A stretch of DNA of 64,000 bases from the NCBI GenBank assembly GCA_964036045.1, contig OZ038378.1:1054001-1118000 (forward strand), written 5' to 3'. Shown here one piece after another: positions 1 to 9,320 of the stretch; positions within the stretch are counted from its first letter, which is position 1, and each line of letters opens with the position of its first letter. Source of the stretch: Eutreptiella sp. 'Long Island Sound 2002' (Eukaryota > Protista > Euglenida). A program made the translations under genes and the position numbers. The notes below the pieces were generated by a model that had not been told where the DNA came from, did not search any database, and saw only the letters and a program-made list of their open reading frames with translations.

Positions 1-115
1 GAAACTCCTAACCCCCTCCACCTTGTTCGGCCTGCTGTACAGCAGCACATCTCAAATGAGGCCGAATATTTCTTGGCCCACTTTGGGTAAGTGCATAAAA
101 CCCCCATTGGCTCAG

Positions 116-143
116 TTAGGCAAGGTTAGGGTTAGGGTTAGGT
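116..143 (+). repeat. Short interstitial TTAGGG-type array
   Basis: ttaggcaaggttagggttagggttagg: two exact TTAGGG units with degenerate flanking units. Similar short runs at 28608-28622 and, as CCCTAA, at ~16186-16205. Confidence 0.7.
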
Positions 144-678
144 AAGGCCATGAGGCAACGAAAACTGGGCTCGCATACACCCCCGTGTCACAGGCGCATG
201 GTCATAACCACATTGTTCAGTGTTTTTCTTGCTACACTGCAGCGCAGACCAGTTCTGTACCACACCAGGTGGTTGCTGACTGTGCTTTGGCTTTGGTCCT
301 CTGGACACTGAGGTCAGCTCGCACCCACCACCCTCCCACAGTGCCGGTTAGTCTCTAACCCTTGCCCTGTAGGTCGTGCCCCTGTCATGCACTTGCTCTC
401 TGGCACGTGAGGACGTGTCGTACCCGAACTTCGGGGGCGCAAAGGCGCCTTTGGTGGCGCAAAGGCGTCTCAACATTTCAACAAAAGTTTTGGCTGCCGG
501 ACACTTCAACAGATCATTGCTGTACTGTGTGTGGCACAGTGTGGTTAGGTAAGGGGGGGGGGATAAGGGGGGGGGGGGGGACTTCCTGCATACTATCTTC
601 AAGCACTCGCCAACCCAACCACCACCCAGCCCCAACACCACACAACCCAGCAATTAGTCAACCGCTAACGCTACTACC

Positions 679-1310
679 GGGGAGTGTTTGCCCGGTGCGC
701 GCCTGGCGCGCTACTTTGCTATTAACTATTCCGACTTCAGCCCTAGAATTATCCTCTCATGGATAAGCCCCCCGAGTAGACCACGTTGCACTACACACCT
801 TCCCTGCAAAGCACGTTACATAATGAAGCAATAGCTGTGAATTTAACCATTCCAACTATCATTTGGGTTGTACTTGACAACCAACATTGGTCCCACAAGT
901 GTGGGTGTCAAAACATTCAGTACAATAGTGCTCCTTACACTCATCACAAACTGCGACGGTGGAGCGCTTCTGACAACACAACACACACTCCTTATTCCTA
1001 ACCAAACCGCAATGCCACAACAGAGCAAACAGGTGCTCAATGCTTGCCATGTACCACCCGTGCACGTCATTGTAACATTGTTAGCGGGCTGTCAAAGTGC
1101 CATTCTTTCTTCCAATGATTGGCACAATGACATGAATCCAGCCTTTACAAGCACCATCATGGCCCCCTACTTCGAAATCAAAGAAATCACTTCGGGTACG
1201 AGACAGTCCATACCCATCCCAAATCAAAACATCTGCTTATGTTCTAGGGGCCAAGGGGCAAATCCATAAAATATTGCCAAACATAACAACGGCAACAATC
1301 ACCTTGTAAA
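679..1310 (-). mobile_element. PIF/Harbinger-like DNA transposon relic, copy 1 (one terminus plus transposase C-terminus; empty-site homologue of the LINE target)
   Basis: Minus strand, across frameshifts and a stop: VAVVMFGNILWICPLAPRT...WDGYGLSRTRSDFFDFEVGGHDGACKG...NDVHGWYMASIEHLFALLWHCGLVRN. This matches the DDE_Tnp_4 pattern (D-x-A-Y; N-x2-H-x3-R-x2-IE-x2-F). It ends in a Cys/His finger. Left end GGGGAGTGTTTGCCCGG matches the end of copy 2. Confidence 0.7.
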
Positions 1311-1375
1311 CATGCGACGCATATTTAGGATTCCACAGGTCTACACTCCATATCCCGCCAATGGAACTGATGGGC

Positions 1376-1635
1376 ATGATGCATTCTCGGGGGTTCCCAA
1401 ACAATGGGAGACGAAATCAGAAGTGACTACCTCACCCCTGCCTTCTCGGGGGCCCAAAAGAGGGCAAAAATGCTACGTGACCCCGGCATTCTTGGGGATC
1501 CCCAAACAAAGGAAGACAAAATCAGAATTGGTTGTCTCACCCCTGCCTTCTCGGGGGCCCGAAGGAGGGCGGAAAGCCTACGTCACCCGTGCATTCTCGG
1601 GGGTCCCCAACAAAGGGGACAAAATCAGATCTCAA
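1376..1635. repeat. Composite minisatellite/dispersed repeat (~105-bp dimeric unit)
   Basis: Repeated C(C/A)TTCTCGGGGG(T)CCC...GACAAAATCAG...CTCACCCCTG modules. The same family recurs at ~59010-59210. Confidence 0.75.
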
Positions 1636-2153
1636 AACCTACGCTAGGGGTAACAATGATGCCCGTAGTATCTCAAGGCATGGGGGGAATGTTTACCCGG
1701 CGCGCGCCCGGCGCGCTACTTTGCTATTAACTAGCCCGACTTCAGCCCTAGATTTACCCTCATATGGAGAAGCCCCCCAAGTAGACAATGTTGCACTGCA
1801 CACCTTCCCTACAAAGCACGTTGCATAATAAAGCAATATATGTGAATTCAGCAACTCCAACTGTCATATGTATTGTGCTGAACAAACAACATTGGTCCCA
1901 CAAGTGTGGGTGTCAATACATTCAGTACAATAGTGCTCCTTAAAGTCATCACAAACTGCGACGGTGGAGCGCTTGTGGCAACACAAGACACACACTTCTG
2001 CCTCATCCTCTGCCTCATCTTGCGTGCCACAACCGAGCAAACAGCTGCTCAATGCTTGCCCTATACCACCCGTGCACGTCACTGCAAGATTGTTGGCGGG
2101 CTGTCAAAGTGCCAGTTTTTCTTCCAATGAATGGCACAATTGCATGAATCCGG

Positions 2154-2174
2154 CCTTTATAAGCACCATCATGG
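2154..2174 (+). repeat. Left target-site duplication (21 bp) of the LINE
   Basis: CCTTTATAAGCACCATCATGG, identical to 11510-11530. A single uninterrupted homologue lies at 1142-1162. Confidence 0.95.
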
Positions 2175-2310
2175 GAAGGAAATCATATTCAGGAGCAATA
2201 GTCCATGGGGCTTCTACCCATTCCAGCCCCCAAACTCACCCAAGGGGCAAGTCGCGCGGGTTTCTGGAGAGCTGCCGCCCTGTATGACAAGAGGCTCCCC
2301 CCTCCGTCCT

Positions 2311-5300
2311 TTAGGTTGCCTCACGTGAGGCCCGTCCATGCTTCATGAGCCCCTCCGCGCTGTTGGAAGACAGAGCACCCTCCTGCATGCTGTACAGCAT
2401 GGTGGAGTGTCGTGCATGGGGGTCACGAACCCATCCCTGGCCCTGTCGGGCCATGCCAGGCAATTCCGTGCAGAGACGCTGTGCTCCGCGAAGAGAGGGA
2501 AAGGTAAAGGGGTTAGGGGGCCACTCCCCCACGGAGGGTGGGGTAGAGTACTGGACTTCGTACTGACCCATGTCCTCATCACACTCAAGATGAGTGCTGT
2601 CCGCTCGTGAGGCAGACATCACGCTCTCAAAAAGTGGCGCCAGCGGGGTGGGGGGCAGATCGGGGGGGGTGGAACACCGGACGGCATACTGTTGCACGTC
2701 CTCATCAGACGCACTCTGAGTGCTGTCCCTTCGCGGGGTAGACATGGCGCTCTCAAATAGGGACGCCAGCAGGACGGGGGGCAGGTGAGGTGAATCCTGC
2801 TGTCGGTCAGACCCCCCCCCTGGTGTGCATGCGGGCGACCAATGCTCTGGGGATACGTGCCGCACTGAGTGCCAACTGGAAGTCACCGCCGGCGACCATG
2901 CCGGAGATGGCGAGAATTGCCCTGGCCTACTCAGCACCCGCGGAGACGGGGTGCTAGTTACGTTGAACCCCATCGGAGGGCCGGTGGGCAGGACGGCGGT
3001 GCGTGAAGTCCGCACGTTGGGCCGTGGTTCCCTTCGGGGCTGTAGCTGTTGTGGCCTTGCTTGAGGCAATCGGATCTGCTGCAACATCCTTGCTATCCCC
3101 GGGGGGGTGTCGCGTCCCTTTTCGTGTGGGGGCTGCCCCGGGCTTCGTGTCGATAGTGGGGTGCGCTGCCCCTCTGGGGTGCTTACCACCACTATGCGTG
3201 ACGCACGCTCAGGAGTGATAGCTCCTGTGAGCTGTAGGTATGAGAGCGCATGCCTGGACATGGGGAGGGGAGCTCCGGCTGGGCTCCCGTGACGGTCTGG
3301 GGCCTCCAGGGCCGTATGTGACCGCGCATCCCCTTGCTGTAGCTGGGGTCGCTTGCGTCGTGGGCTCCCCGACCGTTCTGTGACCGACTGCCGCCTTTTG
3401 ACCCCTCGGGGCACCCGCGCAGGTGGTGCCCTACGCCGTGACTTCCTCGGCGCCGGGTTCCCTGACCGGTGAACGGATCGGGCCCTGTCCTCGTTTATGA
3501 GCGTCATGTCTATTTCTTCGGGCACCCCGGGCACATTCCAGACCCACCAATGATCCGCCTGCCTCCAGCCAAGGCTCTCCAACTCCAGGAGGGCTCGTTG
3601 AACCGGTCCTGATGTAGTGGGTCGTACCTGCTCTTGCCGAGCTTCAATGCACGACTGCACCACAACCTGAAGGGTGCCTGGCGTGCGCGCCACCGCGAGG
3701 AGCCAGCATACCCTGTCATACGTGATTTTCATGTGAGGAGACACTCGGTGTCCCTGTACTAGCAGCACGAAGATGATCTCCTTCGCCCTACCTGGCCTCG
3801 AGGTGCCCCACAAACTGTGGAGCACTGCCGTCTCCAGACTCTGTAGATCCCTCCGGGATACCTCCGCCCCCGGGGTACCCCATAGGGCTGCGGCTTGTAC
3901 GGGAGTGGCAATGATGTGTGTTCGCTGGCTGAAGCCCCCTTGTGCACCCCTCACTCTGGACAGCAGGTGTATCCCCTTGGATGTCCTCTTTTTCAGGAGC
4001 GGGCCAGTCCCCCTGGTCAGGCTGGTACGAATACCCACCCCCAGCGAGCGAAATTCAGCTTGGAGGGGGAGTGAGATCCCTTGGAGTACCGTGTGTTTGC
4101 GAGCAATTTCCTTGGATTGTCGTACTTGTATGGACAGTGACTTCTTGGGGTTCACTTTTTGCAAGGTGAGAGCCAGCCACTCATCAGTGAGCTGCATCAC
4201 CGGCGCCATGTATTGGCCCTCAGATCGCAGCGGATACGTGTCATCTGCATAGCCCATGGACCCGACCTGGATCGTGCCCGCCTCTTGTGGCTGGGGTTGA
4301 GCACCCCTGAGCTTCACTGGGCTGGGGGGTGGGGACTCCTCCGATGCTGTCATTTCCTCTTCCACCAGCCCTTCGCGTGCGGGCTCAGGTGCGGAGGAGG
4401 GGTGTGGCGGCTGCGATTGCTGAGGTGGAGGTGGAGGTCCATGGCCACATGTGCAGGGGTTGGAGTGTTCCCAATATTCAAACTGGTCAATCCCTGAGCC
4501 GAAGGTCCTCATGACGCACCTGCTCGGGGCCGGTGGTGGCCGAAAGCGGGACACTGCGGTGGACTGGGAGGGTTTACGTCTGTATCTCAGCTCCTTGGGC
4601 TCTTCCAGCTTGGGCGGTATGGGCGGCAGGCTGTGTACCGTCACTGAGATAGGTCCTTCCAGCTCGTCCACGGCGCGCATCCAGACTGTGGTGAGCATGT
4701 TGATCATGAGTACGCTCATGGCGCACCCTTGCAGTACGCCGTTCGTGGCGTGAAAAAAGGAGCCTAGCGCCCCGTTTATTTTGAACGCCCTGTGTAATTG
4801 TTGATACATGGCCTCCAATGCCGCCTGCGGTTCGGGGTCCAGGCCGAACTCTCGTGCCATCCGGAAGGAGATTTGTTGTGGTATCAAATCAAAACACTTC
4901 ACATAGTCAGTGCCAGCGCCAGATAATGCCTGCTTCAGTAGGTGTGCTCGCTCAATGAGGGCGGCCAGTAGAGTTGCTGCGTCCAGGGCGCTCTTCTGCG
5001 GCCTGAAGGCAAATGCATTTCTGTGCACCCACTTCTCTTGCCACATGAGGCAGTCACGGAGGCGGATACCGGACCAGGCGCCATAAATCGCAGACAGCAC
5101 CGACAGCGGCCTGAGCTGTAGCGGCTCACTGCCCTCGCCTTTGGGGATCAGCGGAATGTACCCTGTGGCAAGTTGCTCAGGCCATACGCCATGGGATTCA
5201 ACCCAGTTTAACAGCTGAGCCAGCATGTGCAGTAGCGGCCATGGCATGTTCCGCATGTCTACGACAGTCCAGCCGTCTAAACCTGTGGCCCGGCTGTGTT

Positions 5301-6600
5301 TCATGTCCTTGAACTGACGGCAGAGGCGCTCCGCGGTGATGGGCTGACGTTCCATCTGGTGATGCTCCACATATTTGCCGAACCTGGGCCAGAAGGGTTC
5401 AGTTTCCGGCTCCGGCAGCGTCGGATCCGCATGCTGCCTCATTATCGGGTCCCATTTCTGGTGTATCACGAGGTCCATTTCGGGCACATTGCCAGTCAAG
5501 ATGCCGTCCTCTTTCCGGATCAGGACAGTGGGCGTGTACTTGTCCTCTTTGATCCATTGGTACACCTTCCCTGGCGATGTGGTCCAGGTCTCCTCAATCC
5601 ATGCTCTCCAATCTTGGTGCCTCTTCTTCTCTTCGTGAGCTAGTTGCCGCCTACTCAGCATTTTAATCTTATCACTGAGTCGGACCAAGTCGGTAATGGT
5701 CATGGGTGCACTTTCTGGAGCCTCCATCACCGTGCGCAGTAGTTCTTGGTGCTCTGCAACACATTGCCCTTTGGAGATGAGCTGAAGAATGCGGTGGGCC
5801 CTCCTGCGTATCGCCTTCCAATTGTTGAGGACCTCTCGCGGTACGGGGCCCATAACAGGGACCACGGCTTGTTCCCTGCTTGCCGCCCACTTCATCACCG
5901 GCACTAGGGCGCTCAGCAGGGCGGACATCTCCTTAGTTGGTGCAGTGCACGGGAGTCCTGACGACGTCATGCGCTTCGGCGTAAGCTCCACTGTCTTGAG
6001 CATCTTCTTGGTTCCCCGTCCTCTCGGCAACTCTTGGGGAGCCAGTGGTAGTTGGCATATTCCTGTCCTGACCGCTGGCGGCGGTGCCATGGTCAGGACC
6101 AGCATGGTTTCTTCAGCCAGCCATGTCCAGAGGTCCCACAGTTGATCTGCCGTGGACGCCTCGTTTTCTAGGACTTTCTCCCATATCGCCACGTACGGTT
6201 CGGTGACGTCTTTCACTATTTGGTCTCGCTTGCGTTTCTGCAGGTGGGCTGGTATCATGGGTGGTAACCGCACAAACTTCAGAACCCGCTGGGCAGACTG
6301 CTTGAAATTGAAGGTGAAGGTGACCGGCTTGTGTCCAGGCACGGGACATCTTTCGGTTGGCAAGACTTTCATCATGGCACTGGCCGTCTTGGCATTTGCC
6401 AAAATACCATCAATTCTGGTTGGTTTCTGTTTGATGGAGCCATTGTGGTACGAGCACTGGCAGTCCTGTCCCGTGGTCCGTGCATGTAAGAGGTCGACAT
6501 CCACAATGCGCCCCGACAGCAGCTCCGTCATCATGAGGTTGGGCATGCAGCGGTAGTGATCTAGTTGGACATTGGCATCCGTGGCTATCAGAAGGGGGAG
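2311..6600 (-). CDS. LINE ORF2 remainder: APE C-half, reverse transcriptase and a low-complexity C-terminal tail
   Basis: RT motifs ATGLDGW, LIPKG, LRPLSV, DYVKCFDLIP, GVLQGCAMS (~4731), GYADDT (4251-4240), KVNPKKS, FRSLG. The tail has a two-copy ~43-aa repeat (~2520-2780). Confidence 0.88.
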   Translation of the reverse strand, partial: LPLLIATDANVQLDHYRCMPNLMMTELLSGRIVDVDLLHARTTGQDCQCSYHNGSIKQKPTRIDGILANAKTASAMMKVLPTERCPVPGHKPVTFTFNFKQSAQRVLKFVRLPPMIPAHLQKRKRDQIVKDVTEPYVAIWEKVLENEASTADQLWDLWTWLAEETMLVLTMAPPPAVRTGICQLPLAPQELPRGRGTKKMLKTVELTPKRMTSSGLPCTAPTKEMSALLSALVPVMKWAASREQAVVPVMGPVPREVLNNWKAIRRRAHRILQLISKGQCVAEHQELLRTVMEAPESAPMTITDLVRLSDKIKMLSRRQLAHEEKKRHQDWRAWIEETWTTSPGKVYQWIKEDKYTPTVLIRKEDGILTGNVPEMDLVIHQKWDPIMRQHADPTLPEPETEPFWPRFGKYVEHHQMERQPITAERLCRQFKDMKHSRATGLDGWTVVDMRNMPWPLLHMLAQLLNWVESHGVWPEQLATGYIPLIPKGEGSEPLQLRPLSVLSAIYGAWSGIRLRDCLMWQEKWVHRNAFAFRPQKSALDAATLLAALIERAHLLKQALSGAGTDYVKCFDLIPQQISFRMAREFGLDPEPQAALEAMYQQLHRAFKINGALGSFFHATNGVLQGCAMSVLMINMLTTVWMRAVDELEGPISVTVHSLPPIPPKLEEPKELRYRRKPSQSTAVSRFRPPPAPSRCVMRTFGSGIDQFEYWEHSNPCTCGHGPPPPPQQSQPPHPSSAPEPAREGLVEEEMTASEESPPPSPVKLRGAQPQPQEAGTIQVGSMGYADDTYPLRSEGQYMAPVMQLTDEWLALTLQKVNPKKSLSIQVRQSKEIARKHTVLQGISLPLQAEFRSLGVGIRTSLTRGTGPLLKKRTSKGIHLLSRVRGAQGGFSQRTHIIATPVQAAALWGTPGAEVSRRDLQSLETAVLHSLWGTSRPGRAKEIIFVLLVQGHRVSPHMKITYDRVCWLLAVARTPGTLQVVVQSCIEARQEQVRPTTSGPVQRALLELESLGWRQADHWWVWNVPGVPEEIDMTLINEDRARSVHRSGNPAPRKSRRRAPPARVPRGVKRRQSVTERSGSPRRKRPQLQQGDARSHTALEAPDRHGSPAGAPLPMSRHALSYLQLTGAITPERASRIVVVSTPEGQRTPLSTRSPGQPPHEKGRDTPPGIARMLQQIRLPQARPQQLQPRREPRPNVRTSRTAVLPTGPPMGFNVTSTPSPRVLSRPGQFSPSPAWSPAVTSSWHSVRHVSPEHWSPACTPGGGSDRQQDSPHLPPVLLASLFESAMSTPRRDSTQSASDEDVQQYAVRCSTPPDLPPTPLAPLFESVMSASRADSTHLECDEDMGQYEVQYSTPPSVGEWPPNPFTFPSLRGAQRLCTELPGMARQGQGWVRDPHARHSTMLYSMQEGALSSNSAEGLMKHGRASREAT

Positions 6601-7046
6601 TTCCCCAGCTTTGCAACTTGGGTCAGCACTGCCTCCCATAGCTTGCCATTTAGCTTGTGGTCTCCTGGGATCCCATACACCACAATCACGTTTAGGGGGC
6701 GTTTACCATCCGCTGGGGTCACGATGACGTGCAGCCACCTGCCTGAATTCCACAGTTCCTCACTTAGTGTGCATCCCGGGTCCCGCTGAGCTTGCTTTGC
6801 CGGCCACTTTTCCCGTACCAGAAGGGCCGCCCCTCCTGGGGCAGCTCCCCAAATGCCACCTGTCTTGGATAGTAGGGGGGCTCCCCAAAAGGGTTGCCAC
6901 CCCTTCTGTCTTGCCATGAAGGCCATTGCATTCTAAGCCCCTTGCGTGAGCCGTGTTTCCGTGAGTGCTACGATGTCCTCTTGCAAATCCAGCACTTCAT
7001 GGTGGCGTGCTCGCAGGGTCGTGACGTTGATGAGTGCCAGAGAGGT
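6300..7046 (-). pseudogene. Apurinic-like endonuclease (APE) domain of LINE ORF2, with one TAG and one frameshift
   Basis: Motifs INVTTL, DIVALTETRL, GGAALL, VIVVYG, LIATDAN, TRIDGIL, PGHKPV. TAG at 6933-35; frameshift near 6590-6605 (GNSPF / LLIATDAN). Confidence 0.85.
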
Positions 7047-7100
7047 GGGTCCTGGGTTGGGGTGCACGTCACCACAGCGTAGGATCTGGTCACGCTTCCA
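7047..7100 (-). other. 2A/StopGo-like peptide (WKRDQILRCGDVHPNPG/P)
   Basis: Variant of D(V/I)ExNPGP (H in place of E), directly before the first APE strand (TSLALINVTTL). Predicted skip point between 7050 and 7049. Confidence 0.7.
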
Positions 7101-7772
7101 ATGTGGATGCGTGTGTGCGCGTGTGTGTGCGCGCACATGCAGCGCGGCCCACTGGTCAGGTGGCACCAGCTGTGCCAAGTTGTGGGCCGACTGCGTTGGG
7201 GTGGGATTCTGATCTGATTGATCCAGGAGCAGGGGGCGAAAAGGAACCAGGCAGGCCAGGCGGTTAGGCAGGCTGGGGGGGTCAGGAAGAGAAGCTCTGG
7301 GGTAACAGTGACAGTGAATACTGGCATTGCGGTGTGTTTCAGGCACCGCTGCTGAGGACGGCGGGCTTACCCGACTCGTCCATAATAGTCTGGCGGCTCT
7401 TGCCATCACAGACTGTCTCTCGGCACTGTGACGCGGCGGGTGTTCCCGTCTCGCGCACGGCTTAGCTGGGTGGTTAGCGGAGCTCTCCGTCTTAGCTGTG
7501 CTGGCCTGCTCGTCACTGGCAGGGTTGAGAGTGTGCATGGACCGCAGGGATGGTGCGCCTTGACGGATTTTCAGGTCACGGTCATCTGCCGTCTCGGTAG
7601 CCTCGCTGCAGCTTCCATTCCGGGTCGAGCCACTAGAAGTGAGAGGGCAAGTTTGTGTGAGCAGGGGGATACTGTATCTGCATGTGTCAGCGCTGGCTGA
7701 GAGGACCGCACGTTCAGGCACCTGCCAAGCAAGGTCAGCACATACCTGGTCCACAAACTCTTGGCGTGGCGC

Positions 7773-9320
7773 CTATGCCGGCGGCTGGGCATCTTCGTCT
7801 TCCGGTGGCGGTGACGGCGGCCTCACTGCTGTTGTTTGGGCTTGGATGCGGCTGATCAGCCATTCCGCGCCCGAGGCCCATGCGTACTGGGACACTCCAT
7901 ATTTGGTGTTGGAGCTGATGCCGAAAGTAAGTCCCTGGGGTTTCCTTCCCCGCAGCCGCAGCCTCCAGTTTCGTGGCGCCGCATGGGTCCCTTGCTTGAC
8001 CGTGTCGGGCTCTGGCGCGTCGTCGAAGCCCAGCTGGTGTCCGACATCCGTGGCCCAGTCTCTGACCCAGTCATCGCGATGATGCAGCGCAAGATGGGGC
8101 TCCAGCGCCAAGGCTATGTATGAGCCTGTTTTGTACAGGACGTCGGTGATCACCGTGGGCCGTTCCGGTTGCATCTGCACCGCTGCCGAGATGTCCCTCA
8201 GCTGCTGCAGGGAGTACGGGTTGGCGAGTCCAGATCTGCTGGGGCCATGCTCTGCTTCTTCCTCATCTGCTGCCATCCCCACTACCTCATCATAGCTGGG
8301 TAGAGGTGGGCGGGCCATCACCTGCTCGTAGCTGGGTGTCCGTGGCCTGTGTCTCGGCAGGTTGGCCTGGAACGGGATCAGAGGGGCCCTGTCAGAGTAC
8401 TGCGCGGCCGACTGCTGCTCCTCCCGGGCTGCTTGGACTTCAGTTGCCTGTTGGGCGTCGAGCTCTCGCAGCGCGCTTTCCATCCGTCTGGTCTCGCCTT
8501 GAATCCTGCATCGTTCTCGGTGTGCACTGCGGCGTTTCGACCGATCTGGGTGACGCTGTTGGGGCTGGTGGACGTGGACATGGATGTGGGTGTGCTGTTG
8601 CGGCTGCTGCCGCCTTCGATGTTGGCGTTCACCTTCCTCGCTGCTGGAGTCCGACCTTCGCCTTTTGTGCGACCGTCCCATGGAATAGAACATAGTACCT
8701 GTCATCAGGAATAGGCAGTCCAGGCAGCAGTCGCATGTCCTGGGTGGTGAGAGCCCTGGTAGGGGGAGCATCATTTCAGGGCTGCGTGCCCGAGCGGTTT
8801 TCATTGCGTCCTCCCTCGTCAGCTCAGTGGGGGGGCTGGGGGCAAGCCTGACAACTGTACAGCGCAGCTGGCGTGCTCCTTCGCAGGGAACCTGCACCCA
8901 ACCCCGCGGGCCTTGTAACCAAACGTGGGGGGGGGGCGGGGCGCGTGGCCGATCCGCCCGTGGCAGAACCATCACCCCGTCCCCCTGAGCTAACCCCCCT
9001 GGTTCGGCCAAAGATTGACCGTTGTGTTTGCTTTGGACACCAGGGGGGGTCGCCCAAGGTTCAAGGGATCCGGCGTCCAGATGCCGCGTCCCGGCAATCC
9101 CCGTCCCCCTCTTGCCTGGGGGGTTGCGTGCACTCAAGGCTGGTGTATGGCAACATTGTCTATGGTTAGAGCACCGTGGCAGAAGGCACAGCATGCACAA
9201 GAGGAATCCTGAAGACTTCCCACGCGGCGGACGTGTCCGGCTCGCGTAGCACGGCGGCTGTTTGTACCGGCTCGTGCATGTCCTTGGACGCAGCAATGCC
9301 ACTGCCCGAACGGTCAGCAT
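7773..9320 (-). CDS. 515-aa ORF of unknown function starting at the TAATG overlap with the ORF1 stop (N-terminal extension of ORF2 or a separate ORF)
   Basis: GGA CAA TAA TG: the ATG shares its A with the ORF1 TAA. Contains a Cys-rich hydrophobic patch, an Arg-rich basic stretch, a coiled coil and PSY motifs. The frame continues past the TAG at 7773-75 into 6933..7754. Confidence 0.6.
   Translation of the reverse strand: MLTVRAVALLRPRTCTSRYKQPPCYASRTRPPRGKSSGFLLCMLCLLPRCSNHRQCCHTPALSARNPPGKRGTGIAGTRHLDAGSLEPWATPPGVQSKHNGQSLAEPGGLAQGDGVMVLPRADRPRAPPPPHVWLQGPRGWVQVPCEGARQLRCTVVRLAPSPPTELTREDAMKTARARSPEMMLPLPGLSPPRTCDCCLDCLFLMTGTMFYSMGRSHKRRRSDSSSEEGERQHRRRQQPQQHTHIHVHVHQPQQRHPDRSKRRSAHRERCRIQGETRRMESALRELDAQQATEVQAAREEQQSAAQYSDRAPLIPFQANLPRHRPRTPSYEQVMARPPLPSYDEVVGMAADEEEAEHGPSRSGLANPYSLQQLRDISAAVQMQPERPTVITDVLYKTGSYIALALEPHLALHHRDDWVRDWATDVGHQLGFDDAPEPDTVKQGTHAAPRNWRLRLRGRKPQGLTFGISSNTKYGVSQYAWASGAEWLISRIQAQTTAVRPPSPPPEDEDAQPPA

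Noticed and set aside
116-143. True telomere or chromosome end
   Set aside because: Only 2-4 units, internal, and repeated inside other dispersed elements.
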